A stretch of DNA of 63,411 nucleotides, the filler included, from Octopus bimaculoides (taxonomy: Eukaryota), in NCBI RefSeq assembly GCF_001194135.2. It is 6 parts of 5 records of this genome, joined end to end, with 100 filler letters (N's around TTAATTAATTAA, not from the genome) between each part and the next. Parts side by side here need not be neighbours in the genome. Positions count along the whole stretch, not along the records: positions 47,494 to 59,553 come from NC_068989.1; positions 59,654 to 62,276 come from NC_069007.1; positions 62,377 to 63,411 come from NW_026311448.1; 3 more parts are not named here. One strand, 5' to 3'. The position numbers and the translations under genes are program-made. Shown piece after piece: positions 51,501-63,411 of this stretch. The notes below the pieces were generated by a model. The model was given only the letters and a program-made list of their open reading frames with translations, was not told the origin of the DNA and did not search any database. Each line of letters begins with the position of its first letter. Position 1 is the stretch's first letter.

Positions 51501-52396
51501 AATGAATTTATTCTTAAATATTTTATCGAAATTTTTTCCTCTTTTTATTGATAACCTTTTATATTGACTTTAGGATTTTTCATTTATTATGCGAATTAAA
51601 GTTTATACGGCTTCTTTTGAAGCCAGTTTTGAAATCATTTCACCTTTTTCTCTTATAATCTTGAACAGTTACTAGGGTCTGTTTTATCGTATAAACAACA
51701 TTTTGTGAATTTTTTCTAAACACAATATGCTTGGAATTATTTTACCTTTTCGTTGATAGTCCCTAATAATTTCCATTAAGCTATATGTTTTATAATGTAA
51801 ATAAAAATTTTTCTTTAACTTAAACTTGCAGTTACCTCCCTTTTCTTTGGCTGCCGCAAATAAATACTTCATGTTTCTTTTTTGCTTTTTTTGCTTCAAC
51901 ATCAAAGAGGCGAATTTCAATGAAGTGAAAATGTTATGACTACGGCAGGCCGTATATTTATTCCGTAGGTGATGCGTCAGAATTCATACTAATGGACAAG
52001 CAATGTTATCTTCTTGGCTCATTATATATGATCTTTAGCGACTCTCAGCTAATTAGCTTCCAAACTAGATCACAGGTCTTGAACTTCTCTACTCAACAAA
52101 CACCTACATGTTACTGGTGATTCGAACACAAATATAAAAAGAATTTTAATTAATTATCACAAGGAAATTTCTCAAGTACTTTTCTTCTTTTAACTGGTAT
52201 TTGATAGTATCAGTTATCTATTACGGCAGAAAATGCTAATTGGCTTTTTACAGAACAGAGAAAGAACTCGCAGAGACAAAATCACCTCAGTGTCAAACAC
52301 AGAGACTCATATACGTACGCACATATCCAAACGCAGCCATTTGTATGCGTGTATACACACACACACACACGCACACACACACACACACACATATAA

Positions 52397-52433
<37 letters not shown>

Positions 52434-54004
52434 AATATATATATATAAATATATATATAGCATGTGTGCGTTGTGTGTGTGTATGTGTGTATGACTTTAT
52501 ACATCCTCACATATAAGTGTAGGCATACTTTAGATAAATGTCACCCAAACTTTTCATTCAAATGCAGACGTATTAAATTTTGTCGACACTAAAGACACGA
52601 TTTCTGAATAGAATATATAATAAAGACTGAGGGAGAATATCTTTTATCATACAAAAATTATCTCAGTTAAAATCACTTTTACTGTGAAGTAGCTATTGTA
52701 CAATAAGTAAAAAATGTTGGTGACAGTGATAAGAAATATAAAAATATAACCATGTATAGTAAACATGACACTCAAGTGAGCAAATGGAAGAGCCTGTGCG
52801 AGGCTTCACTTCTTGCACAAACATCGAAAATATTTTATGGAAATTACTTTCCACCATTTTAAAAACTACGACTCCCTGAGTACATATGTGACGCTGGCTT
52901 AGCTAGTTAGCCAAGAAGCTGTGTCGCAACCGCGTTGCTCAGTCCCAGTAGGCGGCATTGGACAAATACCAACCAATGCTTTATAAACTGGTTTCGTAGG
53001 TGGAGACTGTGTGGAAGCCCGTCGTATGCACACAGCCAAATGCATACATACATATATCCATACATATACACACATATGCACACACGCACACACACGCACA
53101 TTCACGAACACACACGCATACAGACACACACGCACATTCACGAACACACGCATACAGACACATATACGAGTGAGTGGACGAACAAAGGGTATTGACACTC
53201 AGCACATTTAGCTGACCAATAGGAGTGCAGTTTGCAGTAGCAACCTAGAACTTCCTGCATCTCTTCATTCAGATAAGTGAGCCCGACAAACCAGATTTTA
53301 GTAAGAATCTTACGAAATTTTATTGCGCGTGGGGACTAATTAAAATATTTGAAATAATCATAGTCACACACATCCATACACACACACTCACACACATACA
53401 CATAGACACACAATCACACACACACACACACACACACATCTATGTATATATANNNNNNNNNNNNNNNNNNNNNNNNNNNNNNNNNNNNNNNNNNNNNNNN
53501 NNNNNNNNNNNNNNNNNNNNNNNNNNNNNNNNNNNNNNNNNNNNNNNNNNNNNNNNNNNNNNNNNNNNNNNNNNNNNNNNNNNNNNNNNNNNNNNNNNNN
53601 NNNNNNNNNNNNNNNNNNNNNNNNNNNNNNNNNNNNNNNNNNNNNNNNNNNNNNNNNNNNNNNNNNNNNNNNNNNNNNNNNNNNNNNNNNNNNNNNNNNN
53701 NNNNNNNNNNNNNNNNNNNNNNNNNNNNNNNNNNNNNNNNNNNNNNNNNNNNNNNNNNNNNNNNNNNNNNNNNNNNNNNNNNNNNNNNNNNNNNNNNNNN
53801 NNNNNNNNNNNNNNNNNNNNNNNNNNNNNNNNNNNNNNNNNNNNNNNNNNNNNNNNNNNNNNNNNNNNNNNNNNNNNNNNNNNNNNNNNNNNNNNNNNNN
53901 NNNNNNNNNNNNNNNNNNNNNNNNNNNNNNNNNNNNNNNNNNNNNNNNNNNNNNNNNNNNNNNNNNNNNNNNNNNNNNNNNNNNNNNNNNNNNNNNNNNN
54001 NATA

Positions 54005-54035
<31 letters not shown>

Positions 54036-54209
54036 ATATGTATGTATTTATATATGTATATATATATATATATATGTATATGTATATATATATGTATATG
54101 TATATATATATGTATATACATATATATATGTATATATACAGATAGATATGCATATTGGTATATACATGTGTACGTCCTTTTGTTGATACTCTCACCGCTT
54201 GGAAACAGG

Positions 54210-55295
54210 TATCGCCTTGTAAATAAGGGGTTCGGCAAAATTGACATAAAGAAAGAGAAACAGGTGTAAAATAATTACTGGTATCGATTTGATCGACGAA
54301 TATTTAAAAGCGTTTTGTCTATTACGGTTGCAGTGCAAACGAGTGTTAGATAATAAAGTTCTAAATGGAAAGACAATGATAATATGTCTGATCGGTGAAG
54401 TTTAAACATAGCTAAGTAACGGCAAAACTAAAATAAGAACATCAACATTACTGTCACTATCTAAATTTATATAATCAACTTAAGAACAACATAACAGTAA
54501 GTTATACCACCAGGAACACAAACTTCCATGAATGTCATTTAAGCAAATGCGATTGTCAGATTCCTGACTCCATTGAAATCAGTGAGGAGTATAATCATGT
54601 TAAATACCAACTGAAAGTAAAATTACAGAAGTGGAATTTGTTTAACAATGCAAACAATTTACAATTAATTATCAGAATTAATTAATAATTAATTCTATCA
54701 ATGTAGTATCTCCTACCTTATGTTTGCTTAGCATTAAGAAATATTTTATTTATTTCTTCCTTTACTTAGTCTGCTGGTAATTGATACGTAAATTGTATTA
54801 GAAAATCTAATTTCAATCCCGAGGACAAAAGATCTGATTCTGGTAAAATAATTCTTTCTGTTCGAAGATATTTTAGTACTATTCACCATCTAGAATTCAA
54901 AAACAGTAGGGTAATATACGGGATACAATAAAAAATTGAATTATTTAAATTCACAACAGACGTTTATAATTTCGAACGTCGTGCTTCAAATAGCAGCCGC
55001 CAAATTTCTCTTAAATTTTAAATGTACTGTATTAAGGGAAGCATGGTATATTGGGCAATATATTAGTAGGTACACTTTATGTGAAAATGATCATGAAACG
55101 CTATTATAAAGATAAGAATACAAGGATAGTTTCTTGTCGCAGAATAGTCCAGTCCGCGGAGTCTCTGTTCCAGGAATGTTTTCAACCTCTCAAACTATCA
55201 GCTTTATCGCCTTGTAAATAAAGGGTTCGGCAAAATTGACATAAAGAAAGAGAAACAGGTGTAAAATAATTACTGGTATCGATTTGTTCGGCGAA
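54210..55295 (+). repeat. 91-bp direct repeat pair (54210-54300 and 55205-55295)
   Basis: The copies differ at 3 of 91 positions and start 995 bp apart. Confidence 0.9.
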
Positions 55296-56152
55296 CATTA
55301 AAAAACGAGCGCTTCTTTACGAGGCATCTCCTTTGCTGAGAAACACAACCAAATCTCACTTGATTCACACTTTAAAATACGAAAGGGCACACTATGTCAT
55401 ACAGTCCTGGATTATTATAATATGTATTAAATGGCCATAGCCGTATTATCTTTCATCGTGTACCTTGTCACTAGGGGCGACAATAAGCTAACAATCAAAC
55501 TCTGCAACGGCATCATAAAACCCCCAATCTCTCTGTTGCTATCTACGCATTATTAAAAAGAAACATAAACACAATAGGATCTGTTGCATCAAGAGCTTCA
55601 TTTGACAAATTATCTTCCAGTAGTGCTTAGCAGAACCTAAATGGGTATCAGTTCTTCAGCGTTTGCTGCGGTCATCACCAGAATCAATAAGCATACAGAA
55701 ATAGACTGGACGGTTGAAAGTTGCGCTTAATGTCCAGCCATGAATCTACAACTTACACGCTTCATTAGTATATTGCTTGGCTACACAGTAAGGTTATTAA
55801 CTTGAGAATCCCATAGTGTATCCAGAACTGATTATACGGTGCCGCTTAGTTTCTCGACCGCCTAACTGTGCGCCATATTTTGCTTGACTAGAGATGACCA
55901 GGGCTTTCACAACAGTCATATCCAAACTCTCCCCTCTTCCTCCTCTTCAACATCACCTCCGCCATGCGGTCGTAGTCATCGTTGTCATTGAGGAAGTGTT
56001 GTCTGGTCATCGTCACCGTCATCATCGTCGTCGGCGTCATAATCGTCGTCGGCGTCATAATCGTCGTCGTCGTAGTCATCATCATCATCATCATCATCGT
56101 CGTCGTCGTCATCATCATCATCATCATCATCATCACCACCGCCACCACCACC

Positions 56153-56211
<59 letters not shown>

Positions 56212-56762
56212 TTTATCGTTATCATCGACCGTATATTATTAATATACAACGATATATAGCTGAATATTTCAGAAACGGGATGTAAAAATAACTTCACATT
56301 TCCCTAGACTGATACTCTTTTATGTTGAGTAAAATTCATTTACTAGTCACATTTCGAGATATGGGAGCAGATAGTTGGATACAATTCGGTCGACTATGTT
56401 CTTTCTGTAATTGTCGGTCGTTCTGTGCTGCTAATGTATCATAAATATTAATAGTGGATATAGATTTTAGATTAAACACAGAATCAGCCAACGCAGGGAC
56501 GTTGGTAACAGCATTTAATTTTTAAAAAAATTTATTTGATATTTATTTATTCAAAGTGAAGCATTAATAAAAGTTTAAATATAACTACAGCTGTGAACTG
56601 TATACTACAACTACGGTCAACACTCACTGTTCTGCCAAACAACCGACTTTGCGCATTGTTTTAAACCGTCCCTATTATCTGCCAGTTGCAAAGAATCCTT
56701 TTCCATTGGTTAGCTAAATAAATGCCCGCACTTAAGTGTGCAAAAACATAATGTTGCATTTA

Positions 56763-57027
56763 AAAAATAATAAATGCGCCCTTTTAAAGCCTAGCCAGGC
56801 TCATGGGCCCGGTTTCCTGGTTTCAATGGCATATGTGTGTTCCCCCAGCTGGACGGGACGCCAGTCCATCGCAGCGTTACTTATTTTTGCCTGCTGAGTG
56901 GAGTGGAACAACGTGAAAATGAAGTGTTTTGCTCAAGAACACAACGCGTCGTCCGGTCCAGGAATCGGAACCACAATCTTACGATCATGGTGCTGACGCC
57001 CTAACCACTAAGCCACGCGCCTCCACC
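56763..57027 (-). mobile_element. Young full-length tRNA/CORE-type SINE with 13-bp TSD
   Basis: AATGTTGCATTTA at 56750-56762 and 57028-57040. Head ggaggcgcgtggcttagtggttaggg, CORE-like block, gcgatggactggcgtcccgtccagc domain. Confidence 0.9.
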
Positions 57028-57487
57028 AATGTTGCATTTAGTCAGTTGGAAAAAAGGAAAAGAAACTGAAGGTGGATTGGGACAGCGAAATATATTTGTA
57101 TGTTAAGATAATTTTGCATACCGTGGTCACAACAGAATAAAGAGGGTTTCGAACAAAATCTTTCGTGGAGGTGAAAAAATCTGATTGTTTTTTGGGAGAG
57201 TTTAAGGAAAATGATGTTTTTAGGTTGTCAGCGGTTTAAGGGATCTAAGGAAATGTGGCTCTGAGAGGATATTTACTAGTCAAGTAAATTTAATTTAAAT
57301 GCTATTTGTTACAGTAGAAATGATGTTATAGGAATATTATAGATCTACCAACATATGCATAAACGTTCATACTGATATACAGAAACGCATTAACGCAAAG
57401 ATTGTCTGATGTATCATCGTTAGGTAGATGGCGGCTGATATATTCGGAATATTAAGTATATCTAAAGCGTTGTAATTCTACAAATTA

Positions 57488-57934
57488 CGAGGAGGTGTTG
57501 AAAAGTTCCTGGATATAAGTATCTTTGTCTACTCTAGGCACAATGTCCGAAATATTTTTTCTTGGGGAGTGGGGTGCAGTCGATTAGATCGATCCCAGTA
57601 CGCAACTGGTACTTAATTTATCGACCATGAAAGGATGAAAGGCAAAGTTGACCTCGGTGGAATTTGAACTCAGAACGTAAAGACAGACGAAATACCGATA
57701 ACCATTTCACCCGGCGTGCTAACGTTTCTGCCAGCTCGCCGCCTTCCTGGGTATAAGTATCGCAATAAGGCCTGGCTGGAGGATGAACCTTCCGTGTTCT
57801 TTTACAGGGTTAGAAAAAAGTAAAGGATCGCTGCAATAAGTGCATGAGAGGGAAACATGTTGAATAAAATCGTAATTAACTTATCCTGCGGTATTTTCTT
57901 TTACCCGAAACCAGGAACTTTTCAGCATACCTCG
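57488..57934 (+). mobile_element. Internally deleted mariner element (MITE) interrupted by a SINE
   Basis: TA|CGAGGAGGTGTTGAAAAGTTCCTGG and CCAGGAACTTTTCAGCATACCTCG|TA TIRs; remnant of the mariner transposase C-terminus (F...GLEK...RCNKC...G..VE*) at ~57800-57870. Confidence 0.85.
57524..57743 (-). mobile_element. Full-length OK-type SINE with 18-bp TSD
   Basis: TTCCTGGATATAAGTATC (57506-57523) / TTCCTGGGTATAAGTATC (57744-57761), one mismatch. Confidence 0.9.
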
Positions 57935-59516
57935 TATATGCCTGCTAGGTATTTACTCAAGGAAATTTGATAACAACCGAAATGGACACATGAAATATTA
58001 TGTCCTCATACAAATATCTCAGCGGGGAAGCAACAAGTAGTAAATTATATTGTTGGGGTAGAGAATAACGTGTGAAACGTAATTCTAAAATGATGGAACG
58101 AGTAACAGTTCACGCATACATGCACCGTTTTTTTTTGCTTTAGTCCTTCCCACATAAATCTAAACAAACCTGAAACAGCAAAAGACAAGAAAGCAATGAC
58201 TAGTATATATTTGATAATAGGACCCTTGATCTTCAAGAAATAACAATCAAATTTCTCCCTCGTCATTTACTAAGGTTTTAAAATATGAAGATCGCAATGC
58301 ATAAGTGTGTGGGGGGAGGCGCAGTAACGTTTTTTCTTCTTTTTTCTCGTTGATTTGCTTCTCTTGGTCTAAATTCTGCTCGATAAGCGCTGACCTCACG
58401 TCAAAAATCAACATCTTCACAACCACCACTACCAAACACACAACTACAACTGCAACAGCCGCCACAACCACAAGTACCATAATCATCACCACAACTATCA
58501 CCACCACAACCAACATCACAACCACAACCAACACAACCAACACCACAACCACTACTACAGCCATTTTCATAATTATTCATATTGCCAGCATAATCGTAAG
58601 AGACGTCGCCACCACCACCACCACCACTACCGCTGCCGACGACGACGACGACTACAACAACAACAACAACAACAACAACAAAAACAACACTAGAAAAAGA
58701 GCAATTTACCCAGTCTAAAACAACCATTCTGCAATTCAGACTGCATGATTTATAATATCGATACAAAACCTTCTACCACAAATGGCCAAAGCGAATCGAG
58801 TTAGCAGACAATAATTGGGTTTGTTATATCTCTCACTGATTCGATGCAGCTGTGACTGCTCACTCAAAGTTTCTTCAATATTTCTTCAATCAATAATATT
58901 TCTTGAATTGCAGAGGTTTTTGTTGAAGACAGCACACATCCGATGTACGTACTGTAGGAACTTCGCTGTATACTAGACAAGACAGTTTGAAATTGTAATT
59001 AACGCATCTATTTCTACATGACTACTTCTATAGTTTTAAGCAAGAAATGTATCCGGGCGAAGACAGCAAACGTCAGATTTATCACGCATCACTTGGAAAA
59101 GATTGCAAAGATGGTGACCGAGTTACTGTTTGATGGTAATGATTAACTGAATATCAGACGGAATTCAAACTATCATGTGCAGCTTAGAGATTCTATTAGG
59201 TGTAATTGGTAACTAAGAAGATATATTCAACGAGCGGAAATCTCTTTATTTATGGGGACAATTAATTTTCTCGGTCATGACTACCATTCATACAACAGCT
59301 AAACTAGTTAGCACCATTGCAAATCTTATATTATTATGTAAGTTCAGTCGCTATAAATATTCATAAACAGATGAAGAATGAGATGTAGACTGAAAGATTA
59401 AAGCTGAATTCAATGTAATTTCCCATCCCTTTTAAAATTCTACTACGTTGATATCGTGTACAGATATTCAATCGGTATGATGCTTAAATGAATTGATAAG
59501 TACACATATGATGGTA

Positions 59517-59553
<37 letters not shown>

Positions 59554-59653
59554 NNNNNNNNNNNNNNNNNNNNNNNNNNNNNNNNNNNNNNNNNNNNTTA
59601 ATTAATTAANNNNNNNNNNNNNNNNNNNNNNNNNNNNNNNNNNNNNNNNNNNN

Positions 59654-59964
59654 GCCTGCTCGTGAAATTAACGTGTAAGTGGCTGAGTACTCCACAGACA
59701 CGTGTACCCTTAACGTAGTTCTCGGGGATATTCAGCGTGACACTGAATGTAACAAGGCTGACCCTTTGAATTACAGGCACAACAGAAACAGGAAGTAAGA
59801 GTGAGAGAAAGTTGTGGTGGAAGAGTACAGCAGGGTTCGCTACCATCCCCTGCTGGTGCCTCGTGGAGCTTTTGGGTGTTTTCGCTCAATAAACACTCAC
59901 AACGCCCGGTCTGGGAATCGAAACCGCGAGTCCGCTGCCCTAACCACTGGGCCATTGCGCCTCC
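59654..59964 (-). mobile_element. tRNA-derived SINE with an alternative central domain
   Basis: Head ggaggcgcaatggcccagtggttagggc, B box gtttcgattccc; 3' part shared with the 32651 copy. Confidence 0.85.
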
Positions 59965-59989
59965 ACTACACCCCCCCTACACACATACA

Positions 59990-60340
59990 TGCAGTGAATA
60001 GGGTCGCCATATCGAGTAAGCACCTGATAGGACCCTTCTAGGGCACTGTTAACTGGCAATCTTACTTGGCCATGTTAAGGGAGTGGTTCGTTCCACAGCT
60101 CCAGAGGTTAATTGTTGACCTGAATGATCGTTGGTTTCAACAAGACGGTGCCCCCCCCCACTATGCTATCACTGTCCGAGAATACTTAAATGAAGTTTTT
60201 CGGGACAGATGGATAGGGCAAGAATCGCAACAACTTCCAGCACCTGTCGATTGCCCTCCCAGAAGTCCAGACCTCACGACTTGCAATAACGCCCTGTCGC
60301 GTATTATCAAGGAGAGAGTTTCACATGAACGATACCAGAA
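59990..60340 (+). mobile_element. Tc1/mariner transposase catalytic-domain remnant
   Basis: LIGPF*GTVNWQSYLAML...WFQQDGAPPHYAITVREYLNEVFRDRWIG...CPPRSPDLT; the QQDGAPPH and (W)PPRSPDL motifs are diagnostic. Confidence 0.9.
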
Positions 60341-60875
60341 GACCCGGATCTTTCTGATTTGGCGGACACCGTTTCTTATCTATTTTTTATTTAGTGTGTT
60401 TTCTACCGAAACACATTAAAACTTCGTATACTTNNNNNNNNNNNNNNNNNNNNNNNNNNNNNNNNNNNNNNNNNNNNNNNNNNNNNNNNNNNNNNNNNNN
60501 NNNNNNNNNNNNNNNNNNNNNNNNNNNNNNNNNNNNNNNNNNNNNNNNNNNNNNNNNNNNNNNNNNNNNNNNNNNNNNNNNNNNNNNNNNNNNNNNNNNN
60601 NNNNNNNNNNNNNNNNNNNNNNNNNNNNNNNNNNNNNNNNNNNNNNNNNNNNNNNNNNNNNNNNNNNNNNNNNNNNNNNNNNNNNNNNNNNNNNNNNNNN
60701 NNNNNNNNNNNNNNNNNNNNNNNNNNNNNNNNNNNNNNNNNNNNNNNNNNNNNNNNNNNNNNNNNNNNNNNNNNNNNNNNNNNNNNNNNNNNNNNNNNNN
60801 NNNNNNNNNNNNNNNNNNNNNNNNNNNNNNNNNNNNNNNNNNNNNNNNNNNNNNNNNNNNNNNNNNNNNNNNTCA

Positions 60876-61020
60876 GGTTTTAGAGTTAGGGTTAAAGTTA
60901 TGAGTATTTTTCCCAAATTTGGTGAAAATCTGTTCAATACACCGCCACAAATTTTTCACCAAATTTGGCAAAAATACTCATAACCCTAACCCGAACCCTA
61001 AAACCCTAACCCTAACCCCC
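60876..61020. repeat. Fold-back with telomere-like (TTAGGG/CCCTAA) distal arms
   Basis: 60876-60929 pairs with 60951-61005 (core GTTATGAGTATTTT.CCAAATTTGGTGAAAA), 21-nt loop; CCCTAA units continue to ~61020. Confidence 0.85.
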
Positions 61021-61734
61021 TAAAGCTAAAACCAGTACAAACGCACGAACGATGTCATAAATAACAGTACCACCGATAGTTGTTGTTGACAAACATTCGT
61101 CATTCACTTTCCATACGAAGAGAAGCCATCAGCCAAAATCAAGAAAGGATGATGCTGCCTTTATCTTTTCTTCCTCTCTTGTCAGCACAGTGCAATCTCT
61201 ACTCTATCTCTCTCTACTAGCAGACCACAATTTCCTTACTATCGACTACCAAGTAGCAGGCGAACCTTTTGTCACTGCCACTGCAATTACTGCTGTCTTA
61301 CTAACCACTTGCTGGGCAAATAAAAAATGTAAATAATATTCCTCAATCCCAAAACTTAGCTGCTGCAGCTGTATTGACCAGAGTATGAGATGCTGTTATA
61401 CACCACTGGTTACAATGCGCTTTCTCACACTGTTGTAACTTTCGAATGATGCCACTCACCTTGTTGTCCAGGCAGGCTAGCATTCTCTCTGAACAGAAAG
61501 CTTGTCTTTCACTGGGTTATCCATTTACAGATGAGTGAACTGGAGCAACGTGAAAAGAAGTTTTTGCTCATGAACTCAACACATGGTAATGTAATCATTT
61601 TACCTGTTTTATCATGATGTGTGTGTTTACATCTTTTTCTTGCTTTAATCATTGGACTGCAACCTTGCTGGTGGCATCATCCTGAATGGCTTTTTGTTTG
61701 TAGCAGACGTGCAACTCTAAGACCAAAAACAAAT

Positions 61735-61960
61735 GATAGCTACTACTATAGCCCCAGACTGACCAAAGCCTTGTGAATAGATTTGGTAGACAGAAACTGA
61801 AAGAATCCCATCATGTATATATATGTGTGTGTGTGTGTCTTTCTGTATGTGCCTCCCCCCCATCATAGCTTGACAACTGGTATTGGTGTGCTTGCATCCC
61901 TGTGACTTAACAGTTTGGCAAAAGCAACAGATAGTATAAGTACCGGGTTTTAAAAATTAG
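61735..61960 (+). mobile_element. Third-family SINE (diverged)
   Basis: ctactatagccccagactgaccaaagccttgtgaatagatttggtagacagaaactgaaagaa...ttggcaaaagcaacagatagtataagtacc. Confidence 0.7.
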
Positions 61961-62229
61961 TACTACAGTCAGTTCATTCAATTAAAGATTGATAACAGAA
62001 CTAAATCAGCTTGGTACTTATTCTCTTGGTCTTTGTTTGCTGAACAGTGATGTCCTGTTTGGGGGCTGGTATAACTCTTGATGCCAAAGTTTAGTGCCAG
62101 CCCTTCTAGGATTTTCCATATGTATTTTCCCACATTCCCATCTTTGCTCCACACGCACACACGCATACATACATACATATATACATACATATATATATGT
62201 GTATATATATATATATGTGTATATATATA

Positions 62230-62276
<47 letters not shown>

Positions 62277-63262
62277 NNNNNNNNNNNNNNNNNNNNNNNN
62301 NNNNNNNNNNNNNNNNNNNNTTAATTAATTAANNNNNNNNNNNNNNNNNNNNNNNNNNNNNNNNNNNNNNNNNNNNATTTTGAGTTGATATAAAGAATAA
62401 TAATAAATGGAACAAAACGCATATAACCAATAAGTTCCTTTAATTCCTACTTATGTTTCAAAAATTATATGCACTCTACTCCAAAGAAGTGAGAGATGCT
62501 GGTATATACATATAATTTCATATTCAGGGAACCATATCACAAATGCAAAACTTGCGCTGAATGCTAAGGTTACGTACGAGTAATAATACTATATAGTTAA
62601 GTTAAATGACCATCAGAAACAAGAACGCTAGTTTACAGGGAGCTGTTTAGGGAGAGAGGCTATGAACGCTATACTAAGAGTTTAAATTAAAGGAAGACAT
62701 AATGAATCGCAGAAAAATCTTAAAGTTAATAATGGTAATAAAAATTTATTATAATTGGAAGGAGAAAGGGAGAGAATCGAATGAATTTGTGAAAGAGTAA
62801 ATTTTTTTTAATATGACTAATTATGTAAATAAACGTTTATAAAGAAGGAAAATTAAAGATGGATTGTAAATATAATAAACCATTAATGTTGAATCATATT
62901 AATTTGCAGTAATTAACCTAAATAAATGGCAATACAAGGTACAAAACTATAAAGTGATGAAATAATTAGAATAAACATACTTACGATAACAAAATCGATA
63001 GTATATAACGTAAGGAACTTATTGATTATATGCATTTTGCTCCATTTATTATTATTCTTTATATATATATATATATATATATATACTAATATATACTTTT
63101 GTTATTTACACCACCTGTCCTCGTCTGTTGTTATTATTTGTATATTCTCCCATATATGTACATATATATATATAAATATATATATATAAATATATATATA
63201 TAAATTCATGTATGTATATACATACATACATGAATATATGTGCGTGAGTGTACATATAAATA

Positions 63263-63411
63263 CAGTAATCCTTTGACTATTATGGGTGTTACATTCCAAA
63301 AACCCCTGCTATAGGTGAAGATTCATGAAGTAGAATCAGTACTGTATATTTTGTTTTATTCTTATAATTTGTATATATTTATTTTATCATAAATGCAAAA
63401 CAACACCACAG
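63263..63411. mobile_element. pogo/Tigger-like MITE, second copy cut by the window end
   Basis: TA|CAGTAATCCTTTGACTATT...gggtgttacattccaaaaac...taatttgtatatatttatttt, shared with 699-860. Confidence 0.72.

Noticed and set aside
61460-61488. 29-nt AG...GTGAGT micro-exon candidate on the minus strand
   Set aside because: It lies directly after a CORE-like SINE block (probably SINE body), and the peptide RMLACLDNK shows no TRPC similarity.

Overview
Eukaryotic, gap-rich genomic scaffold. It is very probably Octopus, inferred from the tRNA-derived SINE families (OK-type and OR/CORE-type) and the very high microsatellite load. The only host gene I can support is a TRPC3/6/7-like TRP cation channel on the minus strand. 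Four canonical GT-AG exons (33445-33275, 31021-30854, 19957-19696, 18019-17863) splice in frame into 252 codons covering the post-ankyrin linker, pre-S1, S1, S2 and S3; I could not find the flanking exons in the window. The rest is intronic or intergenic. It holds many SINEs (several with clean target-site duplications), R4/Dong-like RLE LINE remnants, a Tx1/L1 LINE remnant, a gypsy-like integrase relic, Tc1/mariner, pogo-like and hAT MITEs, long hairpins, microsatellites and assembly spacers. The best lead is a U6 snRNA retrocopy fused directly to the last ~50 nt of a local SINE 3' tail, a cephalopod analogue of mammalian U6/L1 chimeras. Other leads are a His-rich extracellular S1-S2 loop in the channel, a 35-bp perfect intronic hairpin, a flip/flop tandem hairpin and a fold-back containing telomere-like repeats. 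Family names come from motif recognition, not database searches, and repeat boundaries are approximate unless a TSD or TIR is given.
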